DNA from: Ascidiella aspersa
Taxonomy: Eukaryota
Reading direction: 5' to 3'
Assembly (NCBI GenBank): GCA_963924565.1
Contig: OZ004607.1
Span: forward strand, 13,702,001-13,766,000
Length of the DNA stretch: 64,000 bases
The notes under the pieces are model-generated. The model was given only the letters and a program-made list of their open reading frames with translations. It ran no database searches and had not been told where the DNA came from. Position numbers and translations under genes: made by a program. Shown one piece after another: positions 48,495 to 60,200 of the stretch (its first letter is position 1; each line of letters opens with the position of its first letter).

Positions 48495-48811
48495 ATCAAA
48501 ACACAGCTCCTCTGGTAATTTTAATTCTTCACCAACGTTTCCGCAACCTATGCAAGCCTCCATCTTCAGGGTGAATGACACTAAACGCTCGTACCATAAA
48601 TGGAAAACACACAAAGGCAAAATGCAAGAAAAAATGCGGGCAACTAAACGATAAGAAAATAATTAGCAATAACGTTTTGCCTCTAGTCCTTTAGCTAGTG
48701 CTTGTAGCATGCCGAAAGCATCACGTCTATTTTGATGTTCATGGTGTTACCCTTCTTATGGATGTCCAAGGTTTCAAAAATAATCTTTTTCTGTAGTCTG
48801 ACTCTCTTGCT
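48495..48811 (-). mobile_element. Solo Penelope pLTR (3' end of GIY-YIG ORF + 3'UTR + hammerhead), diverged relative of the 19.4-kb element
   Basis: 48680-48810 aligns by eye to 19640-19770. Flanked by a ~18-bp TSD: atgtagactattttataa (48477-94) / atgtagactatttgtataa (48812-30). Confidence 0.85.
48528..48575 (-). ncRNA. Hammerhead ribozyme motif (degenerate stem II)
   Basis: Minus strand: ttcacc-CTGAAGA-tggaggcttgcataggttgcg-GAAAC-GTT-ggtgaa. Stem I ttcacc/ggtgaa is perfect. Confidence 0.65.
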
Positions 48812-49045
48812 ATGTAGACTATTTGTATAATATGACTTTGAAGCTTTCTTGTGTGACACTAAAAAGGTTCTATACCGTGTTCAGGAAGGTTTACCTTCAA
48901 ATAATTGTTTGTTATTGCAGCGCCCGTCTCGTAGAAACTTTCAGTCAACGTGGCCAGTGAACGATACCGTTGTTTCGCTGAAGCTTGAATCGATTCGGGA
49001 ATCTTGTTTATTACATCGTTCTGTGTTGTCAGAAACTGGGGCCAA

Positions 49046-52000
49046 ATGTTTTCTGGGGGCTTGCTTTCGCGCAACCTTGCCCGCCGACAGGGAATGGGGG
49101 AGGCCAACGTGCCGGGTAACAATGACCCCCGGGACCAGGCCAACGCGCGCCAAAAGCGGAGGAGAGCGCGGAAAGACCGCAAACGGTCCAAACTCATGAA
49201 CTGGTGTGATTCGCCAAATGCTCAAACGGTAAGGCAAACAAATTAATATAACTCGATAGAAATCCACAAGACAGTACAGAGAGATGTAATAAGAATATCA
49301 AAGCTCATACAGAAGTAGGTATTATTTTAAACGTTTCGAATAACTCTTTATTAATTTTCAACATAGCATGTTCGAAATGATACCTACTTCTGTATGGGCT
49401 TTGATATTTTTATTATGCCTTACAACAACCTCCAACCATTACGCTCCAGAGCGTGATAATATAAGCGCAAATATTGATAAAAGCAAAGTGGGTAAAGTAC
49501 TAGGCAACTGTCACTACTTTGCCACATTTGTGGGACGGTTGTCGCAAAACATATGCTCTAACTTATTTTATTTACCCAAACTTCCCTTAACTCAAGAGTT
49601 CTTGAGTTTTTCAGCGAACTTTTTTCCGCCAACTTTTTAAACTGGCAGATTATGCGAAATGTTATTAGATATCTGTGATTTTTCAGTTTTAGGTTAGCTG
49701 GTCAATGCAGTTTAATTACGTAAATCAACATCTATAGAACATTAAGGTTGTTTGTGCTGTCATATTAACGAATTGTATAAAGTTAATTTGCAGAAAAAAA
49801 ATAAATATCCCCAACTTAAACTTTGTCTAAAAAAAACAAGTGTTTCTCAATTGATTTGTCACTTCGGGTCTATATATCAACAAAAGATACCGGTTCGTCT
49901 GGCCAGGGAGGAGTCGCTATTTTGGATTATTAAAATGTCCGCAAGGTAATTTTAAATCAATTCAAAAGGTAATTTTAAATCAATTCAAAAGGTAATTTTA
50001 AATCAATTCACCACGCCATGAAACCCGTGAGACTTTCAAAATAGTCATAAAAATGTTTTCTATAATTGGAGAAGTCACTTTTGTACTCAGTAAAGCGTAA
50101 TTCAAAAAGTTACATTTGACATATCAGTTTCTTGCACTTTCTCTGTACTTACAAAACAATTCAAACAAGCACCAAGGCGTAAGCGTTTAAAGTTACAGTA
50201 AAATTGTTTTACGAAATTATTCCAGCGGAACCTTAATTTAATTAATAAGAGAATTTACGGTGGTTTAAATATTGTGATTATTGTAGCTAAAACGTTGGTT
50301 TATAGACCAAAATGTATGGTATATAAACATATATATGTGAAAATGCAGGTTATTCAAAAAAGATCGTAAACATTGAAAGGGAAACACACAAGAAAACTTA
50401 TAAAGAATACTAGCTACAAGGGAATTATCTAACGCCATGGTATTACGACCAACGACATATAACTAAAAGAGGAATAATATCCTGGCGGAATAACACCAAA
50501 ACCTGTCGGAACAAGGCAGGCTCAATCCAAAACGCTAATATAAAGTGAAAACATTCTGATAGTAACCATTTGCGTCCACCGTAAAAAGTTTAATAGGTTG
50601 AGTCATTCGAGCTGCAACGGGCTTCTTGGCTGCAAATCATTTTTTCTTAGTAGTGTATTAGGCTAGGGATAAAATCCAATTGTTTTCCTTAATTGCAAAT
50701 TTGAGACAAAAATGGATTTTCTAGATCTTTAATGTCAAATGTTTAACAATAAAACAATACTGCTTTAAATGGAAAAACTTCTTCAACCCGTTGGAATTGC
50801 ATAATAGCAAAAAATAAGTCAAAAATAGATCTACGTATTCAAAAAATATACAATTTGAAACTTGGCTGACCCACTGCAATTTGCAGAAGTTCTGCTAAAA
50901 TAATCAAATTCCTAATTAGGTCCGTATATAAAGGAGTAATCCCTATAGTCACCAGTTGGCGTCCCTTTGCTATTGTATAGGGCATTTGTTACTGGGCCGA
51001 ACAAAACGAATAAATTATTAATATTATTGCTGCTCTATTGATTAGAGTTATTATTTAAATTAGATTGCAGTATCCCAATTTATTTTTTATTCCTACTCCC
51101 ACAGGAATGTACCAAAGCAACATGACAAAATTCAACTAATATTTATTCCCCAGCCCACTGTCAAATTTACAAAAAAGTGATGCATACTCCGATTGCGTTT
51201 TTCGTTGATTCTTTTGTGTTAAAACTTGAAAGCTAGTCTATAAATTGAAACTACATTGAAATGCCGTGTATTAAAAAGAATTGCGACCTTTGGTGTATAG
51301 GAAGTCTGATAAATTTGAGAGATTACTTTGATTGAGCATTGCGTTCAAGGAAAAAAACAGCAGTAGTTACACAGGTTAGCATATATTATTACAAAATTTG
51401 CTATATAACTGCTATGCGTATTGTGTAACCTATAGGTGTACTTTTTTACCAAAAAAATATCCTAAATGCCTTTTAGAAGTTGTTTTATTTAAGTTTGTTT
51501 GTCGTAAAGCGCAAACTAAATATTGTATCGGTATTTATATAAAGAGTCACTGAAAGGCGTATACGTTAACCTAAACTCAACGTTAAACACACGTTTCAAA
51601 TTGTAATTTATTTTCAGGAAAGCGCCAACATGCGATCAAGCTACATGCTTGAGGTACCTGGTAATATCCGCTTGGTGTCAGCCGGGGGCGCTATGATCAT
51701 CGTCGGGACAACGCTTATTGCAATAAGTATTCATACATATATTTTTGAAAATTTGTAGGCTTAGACACAGTTGAATTTGTGATCGATTCCTATTTTTTTC
51801 GCTTCTTGGCGTCAAGTGCCCGAAAGGTAAACTGACAGTTATTTAAATGGTTGAAAATGAGTCATTTCAAAAACACCTAAGTCGAGGTCAAGTCATTTTC
51901 AAAAAATGTTAAAGTCCAGACCTTAGTCATTGTTATAGCAAGTCAATTCCAGGCCAAGACATCGTCATTAAAAAATAATTTTTAAATAATAAAAATGAGT

Positions 52001-54342
52001 GTATGCATTCCACTTCATGCAATATTTCGCACAGCAAAAACTCAGGCGAAACAAAAAATAAAGTGTTTTTATTAAAAATAAAGTATTTATTATTAAATGT
52101 TTTTAATTAAAACACTTGAGCTCAATGAAGTCATTTGCTTCGGTCAAGTCAAGCAATTTTTCTAAATCACTATGGTCAAGTGCTCAAGTCAACCAACTTT
52201 GCCCAAAAGACTTTTTTGAAGTGCAGCCCTTTAAAAACACTGATTTCATATTACAACACTGGTAATTCACACTTAAAAACTAAAGCATATTTTTTTATAA
52301 ATGCGCAATACAAGTTAAAAACAACTAGCGTACAAAGGAAATCATACGGCATTTTTTTTGGCAAAATGCTACCATATAATTACCTAATTAAAATATAGCT
52401 AAACATAGCATATAGTTGATTGTTCGCGAATTTTATTGCAGGTGTCTTGCTGACTTGGGCTCTTGAATCTGTATTCTGCTGGCCGATGGGAATCGGGATT
52501 GGGATCTATACAAACCTCGTTGCTATCACGTGGGTGCTGGAAGAAAGAAATTCACAAACGAAACTCTACCATATTCAGGACATCTACACACAATACGCCG
52601 TCAATGGAAGGGCGGACATACACCAACAAAGTAGAACATCACATATACTCTTTATTACTTTTCGTATAGGCCTACTATTTATTGCAAAAGTTAAAAAAAG
52701 GTCACCTTCGTGCCGTGCTTTTCCAAAACAAATTTTCTTATCGCTATTCTTTAGTTGTATATATAGCTAAAATTTTCAATTTTCTTGTTTCAAAAAATGA
52801 TTTAAAAATAAATTTTAATTTTAAATAGAGACAGATATATAACGATTTTTTTGTTGAAATGTTTTGGGCTACATAAAAAGGCAGCCAAGTTTATATCATA
52901 ATAAAACGATTCACTTTTACTCTGCAGACGATTTTATATGTTTTTTTAAGGTGCTGCGCCGATTTTCCCATTTATACGTATGGTTGGTTTTAAGCCAAAG
53001 CGAATCCATATATATCTAGGGCACACTAAAACTGTTTTCTCCGACAAGCAAAATTAATAAACCAACACTTTATTTTTTGTTAATGCTTAGCGACAACATA
53101 AACAATTCTGTTTATTTTGCTAAGACCGACAAGTTTGTAATAAGGCTTTAGATCAGGGGTGTCCAACTAAAACATGCCGGCGTGCCAATTTTCATCCTAT
53201 AATTTCTTCCCGTGCCAAAGTTTATTAATTAATTCTTTCTAATGATAAAAGCGTTTTTTGCAAATAATAAAAACGTGTAGTAGCATTACTGCATCTAAGT
53301 CCGTCGGTGAGATGACTTTTGCTTCCACACCAAACTTTATAGTTATGTGAATGCTAGCCTCCACTACAATATAATGTTATAGTATTAGAAGTAATTGTTA
53401 GGTGTCGTAATTGTTGCAATTGTTTAATATTGTGAATAAGCAATGGCAATTTACTGTATAAAAAACTAAGTACTTTTTGACAATTGGCTGAATAACAAAT
53501 TAAGTATTTTAGGGGGACTGGCGTGCCATTTTTTATTAGGTCGCGTGCTACATTTAGCGCGCGTGCCGCTTGTTGGACACCCCTGCTTTAGATAAGTTTT
53601 ACATACCGTCTCCAAACACAAACTCGTTGTGTAAAATAATTGTTTACAAAGGGGCTGTAATTGCTTTTACGGGAAGGTTAATGGCTTGATTACGTTAGTA
53701 GAATCTGAGCACATTCCTGTATTTGAATATCTTAACTATATATCTTAACGTATTTGGTAAACGTCCATTAACTATGATCGTGTTTGGTAATTTTTTACCT
53801 GACCTTAACCTTGACTTGTATTAATTAAACACTATGCTATTTACAAAAAGCTACTAATAATAGTCAACATTTTTATGATCTATCTGTGTTATATAAACCA
53901 AGCTTTGACTGTTCTGTGTGTTAGCCTACATATAACCAAGCTTTTGACTGGCACATGGAAGACCATGTAGTTCGGGTTAATATCTATTTTAATAATTTTG
54001 TACTACATCGCAGACACAGAAGAGTGTATAAGTGAAGTACCTTCAGATGCAAAATCATCAACATCTATTTCTCAAGTTCGATTGGAAGGCGGTAGGTTAA
54101 GTGAAAGTAACACTTGACATATTTTCTCAACCGTCAGACATACTATTAAAACGTGGACTATTTTCCACCTTGTAGGACCACAAGCGTTAAAAAGTTTAGA
54201 CCCGTCAAATGGATTTTACAATTGCTGTCCTTGCAATTTTAAGATTTATAAGCTCGTGACACTTAGATGGCGTTCCGTGCTTCTAATTGGTGTGGTTTTA
54301 GCCTTAGGAATTTACGTCGATTATGGAAAAGCTTCTAATTGA
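49046..54342 (+). CDS. Uncharacterised ~241-aa membrane protein (3 predicted TM segments, basic N-terminus), 5 exons
   Basis: Exons 49046-49228, 51618-51726, 52442-52630, 54014-54091, 54176-54342 (726 nt, phases consistent). Hydrophobic stretches GGAMIIVGTTLIAISVLLTWAL, VFCWPMGIGIGIYTNLVAITWVL, SVLLIGVVLALGIYV. The donor at 52631 is weak. Confidence 0.6.
49943..50010. repeat. 23-bp tandem repeat x3 (aaggtaattttaaatcaattcaa)
   Basis: Directly visible. Confidence 0.9.
51836..52261. mobile_element. Older relative of the CAAGTC-rich hAT MITE family
   Basis: Right end ttacaacactg and repeated caagtca motifs. Left TIR and TSD degraded. Confidence 0.55.
53154..53585 (-). mobile_element. hAT (Charlie-like) MITE, inverted relative of 17316-17828
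   Basis: 14-bp TIR caggggtgtccaac. Perfect 8-bp TSD ctttagat (53146-53, 53586-93). Confidence 0.9.
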
Positions 54343-56980
54343 ATCGCGAGGGAAATTCCACTTAACAAAGCATAGCTATCCCTCGTTTACAGCAGACCAT
54401 TTGTCATGTTTTAGCTCACCAAATTGATGAATTTGAGCGGCATCGGGCCGAAGAAAAGGACGACTTCATCACAGTAAATCAAACGCCAAACAAAGGCCTT
54501 TACAGCCTTCTGCCGGAAGCTGTCTTTCCTGTCACCTAATACATCAATAGGCTGCGATCAGCAAACCCCGGCCCCACTATTATTGTTTTTCTTCGTATTT
54601 TCATCGGTATCACAGTAATAGATTTTTCTTTGGTATAAATTGTACGTGTACCTTCGCACTATCTTTTGAATTTTGTTTAATACAGCGTTGTTAATAAAAA
54701 TGTAACGAGACAATGTGCAATCAGTTTAAGCGATAAAACAGGTCTACTCTTATCGTGACAGGCTAGTAGGTAATCCCATAACCCGTGGGTTGAATTTATA
54801 CAGGGCCAAGGCGAAACACCCATTATTATCACTCTGTAATAAGTTTTCATTTTAGCTAACGACAATGCTTTCTACATATTAAACAATAAATAAATAAGTA
54901 TTTTTTCCATGGTGCGCTGATAGATTGTTAAGGAGTCGAAAATTAGCACGGATATTAATAAATCTCCTCTTTAAAACGACACATTTTACGGGGTGTAGCA
55001 AGAATACAAAGTAACAAATAAATTGTCGGCGCATTGTTTGAGAAAAATTGACATTTTTCGAGCACTGTTGACATAAAAATAATAATAAAAGCTTCCTATG
55101 TGTGCCCCTGCTTAACGCCTGCCTATATTTTATACTCCGGCTTTTAGGTGTTTCACCGAGCAAATTTTAACAGTATCTAAGAATAACATCTCTTCCGTTT
55201 TAAATGACTTACTATTATCCAAATGACTGGGAAAACCGTTGGCAATACAATAACAGTGCGTCACTGGCGCATCATACAGTGAGGGTATAGCTAATGTGCA
55301 AACGCTAGCGGAAAACGTGATGCGACTGGGGCAACATCGTTGCTCTATTCAAGAAAGTACATTGAGTGAGTGTAGTGGCCTAACTGTATGACCCGTCCAG
55401 CGAAACGATTGTATACAAAACAATTGACGGAACCGCTGAATAGGATTAGTCAAGTCGCAGAACCCCTTGCCTTACAGATAACTTATGTTCGAGTTATAAC
55501 TGCCTTTCCGTCTTAGCAAAAGAAATTTAGTACTTTGCTTAGCACTCGTGTTCGGAGCATCAGAGTTGGGTTTTCACAATATAATTTAAACTGTTACCGA
55601 GTAGTATATAAAAATTTAGTGTTGCACGTTGTGTTATATATTTGTGTTGTACGTTGACGTTCAAAGTTGAACAACAAGCTGTTGTAAACAGATTTTAAAA
55701 TCAGTTATGATTTACTGTGAACTGTTATCGTGTTATAGTTGTCCTGGTGTTGGCGCCCGAATTTTAAAGAGAAGTAGTGCGCAAGTCACGCCAATCTTTC
55801 TGCTAATATAGTCTAGTCCGACGCGTAGCCACAGCTGCCACAACAATTCCAAGTAAATTGTGATCATTAGGTATAGATATACAGTGTCAGTAAGCACAAT
55901 TTTCCGGTGTACAAATCGATTTCCATGTTGTATGAACAGCCCCCATCTGCCGTACAAACAGCTAACGTGTATTTGACAACGATATTTGCATATTCGATTC
56001 CAGTTTCACTGAGTATCTGTTGTTGCTGCTGTGTGAAGCATTGCGTGTACTGTATAGTCAAACGTTAGAGTAGACAAACGGCCGAAGTCAATCGTAGCCG
56101 AAACTGTACCTGCTGGTCGTTTTAGTCGCACGAAATAGTTGTTCCCCGCAAGCACTTTCTCGCTGGCAGTTATGCACGGTTACGCGATATTCTGCAGATA
56201 AGCGTGCTGAACTAAGTGTCAAACAAATGGAAACCGGGTCCCATGGGCACCGGCATGCGTCATTCGCAAAGTGCTTAGAGTGATCGCTTCGCGGGCGTTT
56301 TGATCGTGAAAAGCGATTGGCGGCATGCAGAGTTACTATAGGGGCAGGCGAAGCTATAGCACGGTGTGACCTTGCCGTGCGAGCGCTAAGGCTGCTGTCG
56401 TTGCATGTGATGACACCTATTAATTTACTGTCGATAATCGCACTGACCTTTTACCTGATCAGTGCATGCAAATAGGTGTGTAAATATTGTCTTGTCGATG
56501 GAAGGTATTTACATCACGTTGCGTACGCAGACGTAACAAGCGCACATAAGAAAGTTATGAGGTGTAAGCGAACCTTCCAAGCGATGTGCTGTACACATGG
56601 AAATAAAGTAGGCATGCTGGTAGCCGAAAGACACATTTCTTACTAAGGTTCCATATGATGCAGCAAGTTATGTTTTCCTTGTCACCGATTTTATTTTGCT
56701 TGAAACCGTCGTAAAAGGCGTCTATCTAAGCAAATAGCAACGGAATGGTATTATACCTTGGATTAAGTTTTATTGATTCAGCAAAAGTGCCTCACACTGA
56801 TCGGGTTGCAGCTGAAAAATCGATATAACTGCGCTCTCACTTTCAATCAGTAGTCGATAAAAAGCGTGAGCGCTATATCATTGTCGACGTTTTTATTACA
56901 GCTTTGGGGAAAAAATTGTTTAACTAGTTGTATAAGGACAACCCCATGCTGGTAAATGTACTACCTATGAATAGAGAGTG

Positions 56981-59900
56981 ATGGATTTCAAGGCTAGCAT
57001 ATTTATTTTGCTTTGGCAAATTTGCAGCGGAATCAATACAGGTGAGTGATATAAAATTTTATAGGTAATCAGAAGTATAATTTTATATCAGTTAACCAGT
57101 TGTATTGAGCATAAACACCAATGTGTTATATATTTTAGTATAGAAGATAAATGTTTTTTTTATTTTGTCGCTTATTGTTGCCATCACCTGCTTTGTGTTC
57201 AGTAAGGTAAAATTACTTCAACTCGGTGTAGCAGCCTATTATTAATATTTATGTTAACCATAATAGGCTTAAAACATTGACAGATATAATAATGACACGA
57301 CATGAAAAATCAGTTGCAGTATTCTTCTGGGGTATGGGCTACAATGTTGAAAGACAGGAAGGTGAAAATGCAATTGTTGACTTTCAGATATGAAGGCCCG
57401 CTTAATAGCCTTAGCCTCGATACTATGTATAGATTATTATTCATGTTTTGTTTTAAGTTTAAACTTTAAACATTTTAATTCTAACTCGCCTTTATCACTT
57501 TCATCAACACCTAGGCTTGTATGAATTCGTATTGCCACTTTTATTGAATTAAAAATGCCAAATTACAATACGGTGCCAATCAGAACGTAAATACCATTAA
57601 GAGCAGGACAACGTTGCGTCATGAAGTCATTGCCAAAGTCGTAATCCGAAAGTTATTGATTTAAAATCCTGCTTTATCAATGTCATATAAATTACAGATA
57701 TATATATTGATTTTATTCAATCCTGCCTATTATCTTGTTTCAAAACACTGGCATGTTACAAAAAAGTTGGATTGTTTCGCGTTTGCTTTATCCCCGAAAG
57801 AATACAAAATTATATACTGGGGTTGCATCGTTGTCGCAACCTTTCTAACATAAACTTTTTATTACGGTATTCAGGCTAATCTTTTAATATTGATGTCAAT
57901 GATTTTGTTTGGTATTTTACTACAATGCCATAAATTAATTTTCCAGGTTAAACGAACTTTCGATGAACCTTTCTTGCGTGAGATTATAAGTTAAGATACG
58001 GGATTATCTTCATCGCGAATAAAATCGCGAGGTAATCAATCAGTCATAGGCAGGTTACGCGTGCCCGTCAGCATTTATGGTTCCATTAGCAATGCCGTGA
58101 TTTGCCCTTGTTTCCCACAAAAATCATTGTTTATTGCATGTTGTGCAGATCAAGTTTCCATACCAGAGGGGTTGTATTCTTATCCAAAGCCGATTTATCA
58201 GGTAACGAACCTTCTTATAGTTTTTATCCAAAAGGAAAATATATTAACGTATGCCTTTTATCTGATCTGGCCTCTCGAAAGAGTTAACTTAGTTTTGTAC
58301 TGTAACACATGACGAAAAAATATCATACATTAAAAAGCCAATTCCTAATAAATTCTTTAGAAAAACAAATGAGAGTTTTGACACTTCCTACATAAAAGTA
58401 ACACGAACCGAAATTTGTTGTTCTGTCGTATTTCTTAATATAACTTCCGCTGGTACACTGCAACTCGTTGTTATTTCAAAAAAGAGGGTAACTTCCACTT
58501 TAAAAGGACCTTTTTCATGAGTTGAAAAATATATTTTTCATAATTTGTCAACAAACGAATTTGTTTTCATGATACTTTAGTTTAACATGATCTGGGAGAC
58601 AAACGCGAAGTGCTTTGTGGAGAACGTCACAACGGTTCGAGCAAACGGATCGATCGAACTGATAAGACGCAGGTATTTCGAGGTAAAATACAACATGCCC
58701 TCCGCCCTGTATCCCCCTTCATCGCACAAGCAGGCTTCGGAAAACAGCAACACCAGCCGCAAATACAAAGGCCCGAAAAAGCGCTCAGTTGCCAGCAACA
58801 TTATCGACAACAACAACAACAGCAACAGCAACAGCAGCAGAAATAGCAGTACAGTAGCAGCAGACCACCCTAAAAGTGTTACCACTACACGTACGCTAAA
58901 CGACGAAAATCAAGAGTCGGATAATACCACGACGGTGGGCAACATCTCTGTCGCCATTGCAAACACAACTTCGTCACCACGTCTCACGAGGCCGCTTGCG
59001 CCGGAGAATGGCACCGCCGCCTTCGAACTTCTACAAGTGCGGGACGTGGATCGAGAAAAGCACGACAACTTCGTGGTCGCCGTATCGTGCAAGAAAAGCG
59101 CCGAACGAGAGGTTCAGTTTGTCTTTTTTCGGCGTTCACCTACGGTTATCTTAACATGGCCCTAGACTTTGAAGGCAATGCACCGATAACTACGCTAATA
59201 TCACGATGCCAGAAAATTTCGAATTAAAAAAGCGAGTTGTACGTTGTATCCTGACAAAAAACTAAAAAAAATGTAAACGTCACCAGCCCAGACAAACAAC
59301 TAAAGGAAGGTTTACTCGATATCTATGTGTCGCTTGCTTTAGATATACTATTTTAATTTAAAAATAATATTTCGTGAAAAATGTGTGTGAGCGTAATATA
59401 CTTCTAGAAATGGCCTTGTTATTGCTACGTGATTTACGTTTACACTGAGTGACAAAACGTGACCAAACACGAACCTACGCTCCTAATACTACGGCGTCGT
59501 GTGTGACGTCATATACCACCGATCGTGCTAGATATTCCCCTCACCGGAAACACCGTTTTTATGTTACAAAGAGTTAATATAATAAATGCGCTTATCTTGC
59601 TCGTGAAGCCAGAGATAAAAAAAACATGAACATTTATTTATTTTCGCAAGCGCTATGAAAGCATATGCGTTTAGTTTAAATATTTTATTAGTGTTTGTTG
59701 AGACGACTTTGAGCAACGATTTTCTTTGTTATTACTGTGATGCCGCCGCTGTAAAACTTAATTTGCAGTATTCAAGCAAAACCACAAAGGTTGTAAAAGA
59801 GATACAAAATCTCTTTTACAACCTTTGTGGTTTTGCTTGAATCTTACGATATGGAGAAGAGATCAACAACTAGCAATGTTGGAGCAGGCTTAGATCCCAA

Positions 59901-60112
59901 AATTAACAAAAATAGTAATAATATTATTATTATTTCATCAATTAATTTGCAGTACAGTGACTATTGTCCGTGTATATTTTATTTGTTTATTTTTCCCTAT
60001 ATGCAGGATTATGCATCAAGGCTGATATCTATAAACGTTACCGACAAAAATGACAACACTCCAGTTTTCAATCAAACGTCGCTCTCAGCTACTTGTATGG
60101 TTAGCGGTAAGT

Positions 60113-60200
<88 letters not shown>

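Noticed and set aside
51105-51125. Candidate exon after a good acceptor (cccacag)
   Set aside because: Stop after 6 codons in the required phase; could only be an alternative terminal exon, unsupported
57139-58031. Candidate extra cadherin exons at 57139/57144, 57388 and 57947
   Set aside because: Stops in the needed phase or no cadherin motifs; 57041 joins 58149 in phase without them
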